A stretch of DNA of 64,000 nt from an uncultured Methylobacillus sp. Lineage in GTDB: Bacteria > Pseudomonadota > Gammaproteobacteria > Burkholderiales > Methylophilaceae. The notes beneath the pieces are model-generated. The model did no database searches. It saw only the letters and a list, made by a program, of their open reading frames with translations, and had not been told where the DNA came from. Below are positions 32,117 to 42,767 of the stretch, in pieces. Position 1 is the first letter of the stretch. Every line of letters starts with the position of its first letter. The stretch lies in contig CAYVOQ010000002.1 in assembly GCA_964453595.1 (NCBI GenBank), positions 8,727 to 72,726 of the forward strand, in the 5' to 3' direction. A program made the translations under genes and the position numbers.

Positions 32117-32837
32117 AAAATTGCTGCCATTGATTGTTAATTAATAGTTCAAACGGTTTAAAGTTTGTTTTGTAACGCATTTTAACACTTTCGTTAATCC
32201 AGTAACCTAAGTAAATATGTTTAATTTTATTTTTTTTTGCCCATTCAATTAACCATAAAATCGAATATGAACCGAAGCTATCTTGGTTGGATTTAACATC
32301 GTAAAATGTATAAACAGCTGAAATTGAATGATGGAAAATATCTAAAATAGTAATAATTTTTAATATGCCTTGATCTGTGAAAGATATTTTTTTGGTCTCG
32401 GTGCTCGAAGTTAAAAGGTAGTTAATATAATCATTACGATAATCCCTATCTATATCAGAAGATTCATTATGTTTAATTCTTTGATATTTTTCATAAAGAA
32501 AAAAGTCTTCTTCGGTAAATTCTAACTGGTTAATACTTACATCAAGGCATTGGTATTTTTTTAAAAGTCTTTTTTGAGTTTTATTTGGTCTAAAATTAGC
32601 TACATTAATTCTTATAGGGATGCATTTATCGCAAGTTTTGCAATTAGGTTTGTATATATGAATGCCGCTTCTTCTAAAACCATTATCTATTAGAATGCTT
32701 ACTTCATTTTTGTCTAATTTCTGGGGATGCGCAACAACCAGAGATTGTGATCTATGATTTTGAAGGTAACCACAATCATATTCTGCTGTCAGATAGTATT
32801 GGTAATTGTCCAGTTTATTATTTTTTTCTAACTTCAT
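32109..32837 (-). CDS. bpt: arginyl/leucyl-tRNA--protein transferase (Bpt/ATE family, N-end rule)
   Basis: 242 aa with YDCGYL, GFRRSG and YKPNCKTCDKCIPIR (N-terminal ATE motifs), plus an acyltransferase-like C-terminal half. Confidence 0.8.
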   Translation of the reverse strand: MKLEKNNKLDNYQYYLTAEYDCGYLQNHRSQSLVVAHPQKLDKNEVSILIDNGFRRSGIHIYKPNCKTCDKCIPIRINVANFRPNKTQKRLLKKYQCLDVSINQLEFTEEDFFLYEKYQRIKHNESSDIDRDYRNDYINYLLTSSTETKKISFTDQGILKIITILDIFHHSISAVYTFYDVKSNQDSFGSYSILWLIEWAKKNKIKHIYLGYWINESVKMRYKTNFKPFELLINNQWQQFYE

Positions 32838-32874
32838 TCTAAATACAGTTTATTTCAAGTATATTCTTTTTATT

Positions 32875-33726
32875 ATGCTTCAATTTTTTAAAAAAATATT
32901 TACTGTATTGTTTCTTTTTTCTGTCCTAATTGTGAAGGCCGAGGCTAAAAATCATTTTTATAAGATGACCGACCCGAATGGTAATGAGCATTATATATTT
33001 GGGACTATGCACTCTGATGACAACGAAATAACTAATCTATCAAAAAATATTTACGATGCAATTGGAAAAAGCGATATTTTTCTTATGGAAACAGGAGCGA
33101 TAAGCAATCCAAACATTCTTTTCGCCGAGGGTGATTTGTATGATCAGTACCTCAGTGAGGGTGAGCTAGAATTGTTAAAGAAATTATCAGATTTTCATGT
33201 GATTGATTATGAGAGAGTCATGCACATGAAGCCTTGGGTTGTTGCAATTATATTTTCTTCCCCAGTTCAAAATACACCCTTTAATCAAGATAGAGTGCTT
33301 AAAGATATTGCTGATTCAAAAATGAAAATTACACAAGGCCTGATGGATGCAAATGAACATTTCTCCTCATTAGATTATTTAACTTATCAGCAGCAGTTTA
33401 GTTTTTTAAAAAAAATTCTCAATATGCCTGATGAAGAGAAGCAAAAAGATTACAAAAAGCTCTTAAACGCATATCAACATAATACTTTAGAAGAGGTTTT
33501 GAAGGTCGATATAGCGATTACTGAAAAAATGTTTCCGAAAGATATATGGCCTGGAGTTAAAGAGAAGATTTTAGATAGTCGTAATAAATTGTTTGCTATG
33601 AGAATAGAAGAGCTCATTCAAGGCAATAGATTATTTGTAGCTGTTGGCGCATCCCATTTGTCAGGACCAACTGGCTTAATTAATAGCCTGTCAAAAAAAA
33701 ATTATATCTTTGTTAAATTGGATTAG
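32875..33726 (+). CDS. TraB/GumN-family exported protein
   Basis: The GTMH motif (YIFGTMHSDD) and the C-terminal VGASHL motif are typical of TraB/GumN. A signal-peptide-like MLQFFKKIFTVLFLFSVLIVKAEA begins at ATG 32875. The ORF-track start at 32806 would overlap bpt. Confidence 0.6.
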   Translation: MLQFFKKIFTVLFLFSVLIVKAEAKNHFYKMTDPNGNEHYIFGTMHSDDNEITNLSKNIYDAIGKSDIFLMETGAISNPNILFAEGDLYDQYLSEGELELLKKLSDFHVIDYERVMHMKPWVVAIIFSSPVQNTPFNQDRVLKDIADSKMKITQGLMDANEHFSSLDYLTYQQQFSFLKKILNMPDEEKQKDYKKLLNAYQHNTLEEVLKVDIAITEKMFPKDIWPGVKEKILDSRNKLFAMRIEELIQGNRLFVAVGASHLSGPTGLINSLSKKNYIFVKLD

Positions 33727-33729
33727 TTT

Positions 33730-34494
33730 ATGAAATTTATAACGTCAGAAGAAAATGATCTTGTTAAGTTAATCCCCAAGCTTCATAAAAATGCTCAATT
33801 ACGAAAAAAAAAACAAATAACCATAATCGAAGGCGAGCATTTGATTGCTGCCTATCTTGAATCAAATGTTATGTTAAGTCATCTTGTGGTAAGTGAAAAA
33901 TTTTATGAGGATAATCCTCATTTTAAGGATAAATATAGAGCAGAAAGTTATTCAGTCATCAAAAATAACTTAATAAAGAAAATAAGTGGATTGGAAAGTC
34001 ATCAGGATTTAATTGCTTTAATTACCTTACCTAAAGAAAAAGAAAAGGTTCATTATGAAGGTTTGCATCTTTATTTAGATAACATTCAAGATCCAGGCAA
34101 TTTAGGATCAATTTTAAGAACAGCACAGTCTTTTAATGTAAGCGCTGTTTATTTATCACCTTTTTCATGTGATGCATGGTCTCCTAAGGTATTGCGTGGG
34201 AGTCAAGGATGTCAGTTCAATATTCCAATTTATACAAGAGATATCAATGAACTTGTTGATAAAAATTTTCAATTTATCGTTGCTGATATGAAAGGAGAGG
34301 GGCTTATGAATTTTAAGTTTGAAAAAACTCCATTAATAATATTAGGAAATGAGGGTGATGGCGTTTCAAATCAAATTAAAATGCATAATTTTTCTTCAGT
34401 TAGCATTCCAATGGATAACTCAGTTGAGTCTCTTAATGTTGGTGTGGCAGCAGCTTTATTTTGTTACCAATATAATTTTCAATTTAAAGGTTGA
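33730..34494 (+). CDS. TrmH/SpoU-family RNA 2'-O-methyltransferase
   Basis: 254 aa with SpoU motifs DPGNLGSILRTA, LGNEGDGVS and ESLNVGVAAA. Confidence 0.8.
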   Translation: MKFITSEENDLVKLIPKLHKNAQLRKKKQITIIEGEHLIAAYLESNVMLSHLVVSEKFYEDNPHFKDKYRAESYSVIKNNLIKKISGLESHQDLIALITLPKEKEKVHYEGLHLYLDNIQDPGNLGSILRTAQSFNVSAVYLSPFSCDAWSPKVLRGSQGCQFNIPIYTRDINELVDKNFQFIVADMKGEGLMNFKFEKTPLIILGNEGDGVSNQIKMHNFSSVSIPMDNSVESLNVGVAAALFCYQYNFQFKG

Positions 34495-35330
34495 TCATTC
34501 TCAGCAAAAATAAAGTCAATTTCTGTTTTTTTAATTTGGTATTTTTTTTGACAGTATTCACATACCATTTCAAGCTGTTCATTTTGAAGTGATTTATAGA
34601 TCTCTTCTTTGTTTATTAATGAAATAGTTTTTCTAATTTTTTCATCGCTACAAGAACAATTGAAATTAATGGGATGTTTCTCATAGACTTCTATCTCTTC
34701 GTCTGGAAGAAGTTTTTGTAATGCTTCGTAAAAATTTCCTGAGAAATTTTCATTTGAGAATTTATGAATAATATCCCATACCATTTCACTTTTCTGTTTT
34801 TCTTCTTCATTATATTCCGGCATATCCTGAAATAAGATGCCATGTAATCCGGTTGGTGTTTTGCATATAAATACTCTGCTTTTTGTTTGCATCGACTGTG
34901 AAAGGTAATGTTCCACCATGAGCGGAATTTCATTTGATGTGATGCTAATAATCCCTTGATAGGGGGCCTTTTGTTTTTTCTGAATAACAGTTAGTGCAAA
35001 AATTGCATCTTTAATAGATGTTCCAAAATCTTCAACAGTATTTAAATCTTTTACTTTCAAAGTTCCGCGAATATTAAACTTATGATCTGATTCTGCAATC
35101 ATTAGTTTTAGATTTTTTTTTCCTTGAATTTGGAGAATTAATGCTCCTTCGAATTTCATTGTTGCTGCCAACATTGGACATACAGTCAGTAATTCAAAAA
35201 ATGCTTTCTCGTATTCTGCAGTGGGCTTTAAGTTGCTATTTAGTTTTTTTATACTTTCATCGAGTTGGATAATATTTCCACGTATTGATGTTCCTTTGAT
35301 TGTAAAGCGAGAAATATAGTCATTTTGCAT
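34479..35330 (-). CDS. hslO: redox-regulated chaperone Hsp33
   Basis: 283 aa with C-terminal zinc centre CSCS...CEYC (NCSCSDEKI ... VCEYCQKKY). Confidence 0.88.
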   Translation of the reverse strand: MQNDYISRFTIKGTSIRGNIIQLDESIKKLNSNLKPTAEYEKAFFELLTVCPMLAATMKFEGALILQIQGKKNLKLMIAESDHKFNIRGTLKVKDLNTVEDFGTSIKDAIFALTVIQKKQKAPYQGIISITSNEIPLMVEHYLSQSMQTKSRVFICKTPTGLHGILFQDMPEYNEEEKQKSEMVWDIIHKFSNENFSGNFYEALQKLLPDEEIEVYEKHPINFNCSCSDEKIRKTISLINKEEIYKSLQNEQLEMVCEYCQKKYQIKKTEIDFIFAENDQPLN

Positions 35331-35373
35331 GTTTGGGATCTTATCATTTTATTAAACATTTTTATAAATCTTG

Positions 35374-35403
35374 TTGACAATGAGAATCATTCTCATTTAG
35401 AAT
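35374..35403 (+). promoter_or_regulatory. sigma-70-type promoter (TTGACA, 18-nt spacer, TAGAAT) with overlapping Fur box
   Basis: TTGACA at 35374-35379 and TAGAAT at 35398-35403. GACAATGAGAATCATTCTC (35376-35394) matches the Fur consensus GATAATGATAATCATTATC at 16 of 19 positions. It lies inside a perfect 19-bp palindrome, AATGAGAATCATTCTCATT (35379-35397). The site is 34 nt upstream of a TonB-dependent receptor gene. Confidence 0.75.
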
Positions 35404-35436
35404 GCAAATCTTTAATAGTCTTAAATTTATAAATCT

Positions 35437-37497
35437 ATGCCTACAAGCCTTAGAACTTTAATTATTCTTATTTTAACTTACTCTTTTAATTTAATTGGAG
35501 AAGAGTTAACAACTTTTGAGATTGATATTACCGCACCTAAAAGCTTTGGATACTTCAAACCAGATACTTTTGCAGCAACCAAAGCTAATACTCAATTAAT
35601 AGATATCCCACAAACAGTCAATGTGATTAATCAAAAACAATTGCAGGATCAGCAGGCAACTGATCTTGGCAAAGCTATAACTTACGTTCCTGGAATTACA
35701 TTAGATCAAGGAGAGGGGAATCGTGACGCATTTGTAATTCGCGGTAACAAGACAACTGCTGATATTTTTAGTGATGGTATTAAAGATGATGCTGAGTACT
35801 ATCGTGATTTGTACAATATAGAGCAGGTGGATGTTCTTATGGGCGCAAATGCTATTTTATTTGGTAAAGGTGGTTCAGGAGGCATTATTAATCGAGTGAC
35901 TAAAAAAGCACAATTTAAAAATTTTAATCAATTTACTTTGCAAGCAGGGTCATTTGATTCTGAGCGCGCTGTCATGGATATTAATAGACAGATTACAGAT
36001 CGTTTAGCTCTTCGTATAAATGCAATGGCAGATCGAGGAGATAGTTTTATATCTGGAGTTGATAATGAAAAACAAGGCATTAACCCAGTTTTTACATATC
36101 TTTTAGGTAATGATACAACGATCACTTTTGGCCGAGAATACTTTCATGATAAACGCATAGGCTACCGAGGAATTCCATCAAAAAATGGACGACCTTATAA
36201 CGGTAACCGCGATCAATATTACGGCGTTGCTTCATTGAGCCCAAATGAGGTTTCTGTTAATTCAACTTTTTTCACAATTGACCATGACTTTAGTGCAAAT
36301 TTAAATCTTAAAAACAGCACCCGATACACCGACTATGATAAGTTTTATCAAAATGTTTATGCGGGTTCTGCTGTTTCAGCCTCTGATACGCTAACACTAA
36401 AAGCATATTACGATAATACGCAGCGACAAAATCTTTTCAACCAAACTGATTTAACTTGGAAATTTAAAACTGGGACTATTCAGCATTCGCTTCTATCAGG
36501 ATTAGAGTTTGGCAATCAAGATAATAAGGGGTATCGATTGACTGGAGCAAACCAAGCAGGGGTCAGTATTCATAATCCAGTTGGAGCGGCTTGGATTATA
36601 TCTACTCTCAACCGAGATAGAAGAACTGATATTCAATCAAAATCAATTTATCTTCAAGATCAAATTAAACTTAATGACCAACATCAATTCGTGTTAGGTA
36701 TTAGGAAAGATGATTATGAGACAAAATTCAATGATATTACAGCTTCTTTGAAAACAACAATTGATGACCAAATGACATCGAGCCGTTTAGGTTATATTTA
36801 TAGCCCAATTAAAAATCAATCCTACTATGCTTCATACAGCAATGCCTATCAACCTAGAAATGGCGATCAATTACAAAGTATTACCGCTTCAAACGTAAAT
36901 GAAGATCCGGAAAAATTTATTAATTACGAGATAGGAACAAAATGGGATATTACTTCAAAACTTTCTGCTACCTTGTCACTATATCAGCTTGACAGAGAAA
37001 GGATGCAAGTAGCAGACCCAACTAATCCTTTAGTAAATATAATTGTTGATGGGCAAAGAACGCGCGGTATAGAGACCTCTATTAATGGTCAATTAACTGA
37101 TAAGTTGCTTGTTGTTGGTGGATATTCTTATATGGATGCAAAAATTACCGAGGATCAATCAGGTATAGATTCCGGAACACAATTGGGTAACGTTGCTAAA
37201 CATAATTTTTCTATGTGGAATAAGTATGAGATGGATTCAGTTTGGTCATTTGCCTTGGGTGTAATTGGTCGAAGCAGCATGTACGCTGCAACACCAACAA
37301 CATCAGGTAGCGTAACCGTCCCCGGTTGGGTGAGAATGGACGCAGCTGCTTATGCTCAGATTGATGATAAAACTAAATTGCAATTTAACATTGAAAATAT
37401 TTTAGATAAAACTTATTTTAGCTCTGCACACAACAACGATAATATTATGGTTGGAACACCTTTAAATGGACGAATGACATTAATTAGAGATTTCTAA
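35437..37497 (+). CDS. TonB-dependent outer-membrane receptor (siderophore/iron type)
   Basis: 686 aa with a signal peptide and plug-domain motifs (IDIPQTVNVI, RGN..TADIFSDGI, GGIINRVTKK). Beta-barrel repeats end in a terminal aromatic residue (LIRDF). Fur box upstream. Confidence 0.88.
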   Translation: MPTSLRTLIILILTYSFNLIGEELTTFEIDITAPKSFGYFKPDTFAATKANTQLIDIPQTVNVINQKQLQDQQATDLGKAITYVPGITLDQGEGNRDAFVIRGNKTTADIFSDGIKDDAEYYRDLYNIEQVDVLMGANAILFGKGGSGGIINRVTKKAQFKNFNQFTLQAGSFDSERAVMDINRQITDRLALRINAMADRGDSFISGVDNEKQGINPVFTYLLGNDTTITFGREYFHDKRIGYRGIPSKNGRPYNGNRDQYYGVASLSPNEVSVNSTFFTIDHDFSANLNLKNSTRYTDYDKFYQNVYAGSAVSASDTLTLKAYYDNTQRQNLFNQTDLTWKFKTGTIQHSLLSGLEFGNQDNKGYRLTGANQAGVSIHNPVGAAWIISTLNRDRRTDIQSKSIYLQDQIKLNDQHQFVLGIRKDDYETKFNDITASLKTTIDDQMTSSRLGYIYSPIKNQSYYASYSNAYQPRNGDQLQSITASNVNEDPEKFINYEIGTKWDITSKLSATLSLYQLDRERMQVADPTNPLVNIIVDGQRTRGIETSINGQLTDKLLVVGGYSYMDAKITEDQSGIDSGTQLGNVAKHNFSMWNKYEMDSVWSFALGVIGRSSMYAATPTTSGSVTVPGWVRMDAAAYAQIDDKTKLQFNIENILDKTYFSSAHNNDNIMVGTPLNGRMTLIRDF

Positions 37498-38351
37498 ATT
37501 TCAATCATCAAAGTTTTCGGTAATTTATTTCGGTCCCAATTTTTTATAGCTTGCTTTAAGATCTGATGGTAGTTTTTTTCAGTTTCATCAGCTTCTTGGC
37601 CTGCAAGATGAAGACACATGAATAGTATTTGATTTTTATTATCTTGATTGATTGGTGAGGCATGCTCGCTTTTGCTAATCTTTTTATTGTTTTTATAAAT
37701 GATTGGGTGATGAAAGTAATTTACTTTTGGCAAGTCCAGTAGATTTTGAAGGTAGATTTGTTTTGGACTTGAGTAAAGTAAATCAGAACCTCTGACAACA
37801 TTATTTACCCCTGTAATGAAGTCATCAATAACGCAGCAAAACTGGTATACGTAGTTTTTATGCCCATGAACGACAAAGTCATTAATTTCTTTTTGAAGAT
37901 TTATGCTCATTTCACCGAAATGACCATCGGTAAATTTTATGTTTTCTGAAGGTGTCTCAATACGTATACTGCCGAATTTTAATTTTTTATTTTTACATTC
38001 TTGATCATATATATAACCATCTATGCCCAGAGGAAGTTTTTTTATTCTTTCTCTGGTACATTCGCAAAAATAATGTCTGTGTTTTAATAAATCTTTAAGA
38101 TAGCTTTCATATGAGTCGAGATGTTTGGTTTGGTAATTGACTTCATCAGGCTCTAAACCAAAATTATTTAAAACTTTTAGTATTGAGTGAGTGAATAACT
38201 CTTTGGAACGATCGGTATCTATGTCATCAATTCGCAATTTCCATAATCCATCGTTTTTTTTTGCATCAAGATAGCTTATTAGTGCAGAATATATTGATCC
38301 AAAATGCAGGTCTCCAGAAGGACTGGGAGCAAATCTACCTATGTACTTCAT
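37494..38351 (-). CDS. gluQ: glutamyl-Q tRNA(Asp) synthetase
   Basis: 285 aa, a truncated GluRS-like catalytic domain without an anticodon-binding domain. Motifs GRFAPSPSGDLHFGS and VRGSDLL, with KISKS in the KMSKS position. Confidence 0.88.
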   Translation of the reverse strand: MKYIGRFAPSPSGDLHFGSIYSALISYLDAKKNDGLWKLRIDDIDTDRSKELFTHSILKVLNNFGLEPDEVNYQTKHLDSYESYLKDLLKHRHYFCECTRERIKKLPLGIDGYIYDQECKNKKLKFGSIRIETPSENIKFTDGHFGEMSINLQKEINDFVVHGHKNYVYQFCCVIDDFITGVNNVVRGSDLLYSSPKQIYLQNLLDLPKVNYFHHPIIYKNNKKISKSEHASPINQDNKNQILFMCLHLAGQEADETEKNYHQILKQAIKNWDRNKLPKTLMIEI

Positions 38352-38655
38352 TTTCTATTTGATAGGGTTCAATATACCAATTTTTTAACTTCCCACCAAC
38401 AATTTCTAAATTGCATAACAGCCTCCTTTCATTAAAAGGAGATGCATAAAAATTGTATTTTCTTGATATTGATAATGGATACTTAATTCCTTTGACAAAT
38501 TTTATTTTAGAGCAGTATATGGAGTCATCTAGAAACTGTAACTGAAATTGTGCTGTTAGGTTTTTACCAAAGTTAATAGCAAGTTCCCTTTTTTGCATTG
38601 TGTCAGCAATCAAGAAGAGCGCAAATAGAAAAAGAATAATTAAAAAAAATGTCAT
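38335..38655 (-). CDS. small membrane-anchored protein, DUF3301-like
   Basis: 106 aa with an N-terminal TM. The patterns LQFLDDS...YNF...IEPY recall DUF3301 proteins of beta/gammaproteobacteria. Recognised from memory only. Confidence 0.4.
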   Translation of the reverse strand: MTFFLIILFLFALFLIADTMQKRELAINFGKNLTAQFQLQFLDDSIYCSKIKFVKGIKYPLSISRKYNFYASPFNERRLLCNLEIVGGKLKNWYIEPYQIENEVHR

Positions 38656-38689
38656 TTTGATTCAAAATAATGCAATATATTTGTTTTTT

Positions 38690-38706
38690 TGCACTTTTAT
38701 AGTGCA
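38690..38706. promoter_or_regulatory. NtrC-like palindrome TGCACTTTTATAGTGCA upstream of amtB
   Basis: This 17-bp dyad matches the remembered NtrC consensus TGCACC-N5-GGTGCA at 10 of 12 defined positions. The two mismatches are symmetric. It lies 93 nt upstream of the amtB ATG. I could not find a convincing sigma-54 -24/-12 element downstream. Confidence 0.35.
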
Positions 38707-38798
38707 GTTTTAAATAATATTGGCGTCTGATAATACTAATTTATTTTTGTTAGTTATGATTCTACAACTAAATTATTAATGGTAAAGAGGGTTAAATA

Positions 38799-39995
38799 AT
38801 GGAATCTTTGATTAATCAAAGCAATGTACTTTTTGTTTTGTTGGGTGCAATTATGGTTTTAGCCATGCATGCAGGATTTGCCTTTCTTGAGGTGGGAACA
38901 GTAAGAGAAAAAAACCAAGTCAATGCACTTGCAAAAATTATTGCCGACTTTAGTGTTTCCACCATTGCTTATTTTTTTATTGGATATTCATTAGCTTACG
39001 GTCTCAATTTTTTTGATGCTGCAAGTGTTATTTCTGAAAAAAGTGCTTACGATTTAGTTAAGTTTTTCTTTTTATTAACTTTTGCTGCTGCGATTCCTGC
39101 TATTATTTCTGGCGGCATAGCTGAAAGAGCAAATTTTAATCCGCAATTAATAGCATCTTTTGTAATTGTTGGTTTTTTATATCCTACATTTGAAGGTATT
39201 GTTTGGAATAATAATTTTAATTTTCAAGATACTCTTGAGTCATTTTTTCAATTTGGCTTTCATGATTTTGCTGGCTCGATTGTTGTTCATGCGTTTGGTG
39301 GATGGTTAGCGCTTGCTGCTGTTCTGGTTTTAGGCCCACGTTATGGAAGATATAAATCAGATGGTCGATTAGTTGCTTTTCCACCCTCAAACATTCCATT
39401 TTTAGCTTTGGGTTCGTGGATATTAACTGTAGGTTGGTTTGGATTTAATGTCATGTCAGCACAAACATTAGAAGGTATCTCGGGTCTTGTTGCAGTTAAT
39501 TCCCTCATGGCAATGGTAGGAGGAACTATAGCTGCTTTGATTGTTGGAAAAAATGACCCTGGCTTTTTATATAATGGCCCTTTAGCAGGCTTAGTTGCAG
39601 TTTGTGCGGGCTCTGATTTATTTCACCCTATAGGCGCCCTAGTTGTAGGTATTATTGCCGGAATACTTTTTGTTAAAACTTTTGATTTAACACAAAATAA
39701 ATGGAAAATTGATGATGTGTTAGGCGTTTGGCCATTGCATGGTCTATGCGGTTTATGGGGCGGCCTAGCTGCTGGAATTTTTGGGCAAGAGTTCTTTTTA
39801 GGTCTTGGCGGAGTTTCATTTGCTTCACAAGCAATTGGATCGATATGCGGAGTATTATTTGCTTTTGTCTCAGGCTATTTAGTTTATAAATTAATAAACA
39901 AATTCACTCCAATCAGATTAGATCAAGAATCAGAATTTAATGGAGCTGATTTAAGTATTCATAAAATTACCGCAACACCCAATATTGATAGATAA
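38799..39995 (+). CDS. amtB: ammonium transporter (Amt family)
   Basis: 398 aa and multi-TM. Contains HAGFAFLEVG and twin-His contexts DFAGSIVVHAFGGW and VWPLHGLCGLWGG. Confidence 0.92.
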   Translation: MESLINQSNVLFVLLGAIMVLAMHAGFAFLEVGTVREKNQVNALAKIIADFSVSTIAYFFIGYSLAYGLNFFDAASVISEKSAYDLVKFFFLLTFAAAIPAIISGGIAERANFNPQLIASFVIVGFLYPTFEGIVWNNNFNFQDTLESFFQFGFHDFAGSIVVHAFGGWLALAAVLVLGPRYGRYKSDGRLVAFPPSNIPFLALGSWILTVGWFGFNVMSAQTLEGISGLVAVNSLMAMVGGTIAALIVGKNDPGFLYNGPLAGLVAVCAGSDLFHPIGALVVGIIAGILFVKTFDLTQNKWKIDDVLGVWPLHGLCGLWGGLAAGIFGQEFFLGLGGVSFASQAIGSICGVLFAFVSGYLVYKLINKFTPIRLDQESEFNGADLSIHKITATPNIDR

Positions 39996-39998
39996 ATA

Positions 39999-40035
39999 AA
40001 TTTTTACCATGATAAAATTTATCATGGTAAAAATT
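39999..40035. repeat. perfect 37-bp palindrome (18-nt arms, 1-nt centre) spanning the amtB-ispD junction
   Basis: The sequence is AATTTTTACCATGATAAA-A-TTTATCATGGTAAAAATT. I paired all 18 arm positions by hand. It starts 4 nt after the amtB stop and contains both candidate ispD ATGs (40009 and 40024). Confidence 0.9.
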
Positions 40036-40704
40036 CATGTCATTATTCCAGCGTCCGGATCTGGCAAAAGGTTTAATACGGACCGGCCTAAGCAGTTTGA
40101 AAAAATTCATGGCAAATCAATTATTTCTCTAACTGAATCGAAGTTTGCCCAAGTAGATCTCGTAGACAAAATTTTCTTGATTGGTGACAGAGCATATGAA
40201 AAAGACTTCCTTCAAGAAAAATTTCATTCCAAGACAAAAGTAATTTATGCTGCCGGAAAAGAGAGAGCGCAAACTGTGCTAAATGCTTTGAAATATTTGA
40301 TGGATATCGAAAAAATAAATACAAATGATTGGATTATTGTCCATGATGCGGTCAGGCCAAATATATCAGCAAATTTAATTACAAGCTTTATTGATAAAAT
40401 TTCTCAAAGTGATATTGGTGGAATTATGGCTGTCCGTGAAAGTGACACAGTAAAGATGGTTGATGAAAAATTTGAGATTCAAAAAACAATTTCACGCACA
40501 AATCTTTGGAGAGCCCAAACCCCTCAAATGTTTAAAGCAGATTTACTTCTTGATGGCTTTGTTAATTTTGTAGGTAACCCTACAGATGAATCTGAAGTAA
40601 TTGAAAATTTGAATTTAAAACCAATTATTTTTGAAGGTGATTCTCGGAATATCAAAATTACCTATCCCGAAGATTTAGATTTGTTAGAAAAGGAAATGAG
40701 ATGA
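40009..40704 (+). CDS. ispD: 2-C-methyl-D-erythritol 4-phosphate cytidylyltransferase
   Basis: 231 aa (226 aa if the start is ATG 40024, giving MVKIHVIIPASG). Motifs IIPASGSGKRF and VHDAVRP. ispD-ispF overlap. Confidence 0.9.
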   Translation: MIKFIMVKIHVIIPASGSGKRFNTDRPKQFEKIHGKSIISLTESKFAQVDLVDKIFLIGDRAYEKDFLQEKFHSKTKVIYAAGKERAQTVLNALKYLMDIEKINTNDWIIVHDAVRPNISANLITSFIDKISQSDIGGIMAVRESDTVKMVDEKFEIQKTISRTNLWRAQTPQMFKADLLLDGFVNFVGNPTDESEVIENLNLKPIIFEGDSRNIKITYPEDLDLLEKEMR

Positions 40705-41169
40705 AAATAGGGCATGGTTTTGATGTGCATGCATTCGCTAAAGATCGTGATCTTATAATAGGTGGAGTTAAAATTGATTTTCATCTTGGGCTTGCTGGAC
40801 ATTCAGATGCAGATGTTTTAATACATGCAATATCTGATTCAATTTTGGGTGCTATGGCCTTGGGCGATATTGGAAAACATTTTCCAGATACAGATATGAA
40901 ATTTAAAAATATTAACTCAAGAGAATTTTTACTTCAGATTCAAAAATTATTAAGAGAAAATTATTTTAAAATTAGCAATATTGATTGTACTGTTATTTGT
41001 CAGAATCCAAAACTAAGCCCATATATTTTAGATATGAGAAAGAATATCTCTCAAGACTTATCTTGTGATCTTGATCAGATAAATATAAAAGCAACAACGA
41101 CTGAAAGATTAGGATTTGTTGGGCGCGAAGAGGGTATTGCTGCTGAGGCTGTTTGTTTGCTAGAAAAAA

Positions 41170-41177
<8 letters not shown>
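40701..41177 (+). CDS. ispF: 2-C-methyl-D-erythritol 2,4-cyclodiphosphate synthase
   Basis: 158 aa with GHGFDVHAF and GHSDADVLIHAISDSILGA. Confidence 0.95.
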
Positions 41178-42640
<1,463 letters not shown>

Positions 42641-42767
42641 TCAGAAAAATTAAACAAATTTTAAATGAGGTTTGTTGATTGATCAATTTTTTTAGTTTTT
42701 TTTATTTTATCTTGTATGGGCTGATATAATTTATTTGTTATATTTCTAAATTTGAGACTTAATTCAT

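Noticed and set aside
32806-32874. A 23-codon extension of the GumN/TraB-like ORF, overlapping the bpt start.
   Set aside because: The internal ATG at 32875 starts a typical signal peptide (MLQFFKKIF...VKAEA). The upstream part is just an open frame in the AT-rich spacer.
38721-38736. A possible sigma-54 promoter (TGGCGTCTGATAATAC) downstream of the NtrC-like dyad.
   Set aside because: The -24 GG is present, but the position that should carry the -12 GC reads TA. This does not fit TGGCAC-N5-TTGC.
42678-42687. A 10-bp palindrome (ATTGATCAAT) in the trxB/ftsK spacer. I also looked there for a LexA box, because ftsK is SOS-regulated in E. coli.
   Set aside because: The palindrome is short enough to be chance. 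No CTGT-N8-ACAG-type LexA box is present in the spacer.
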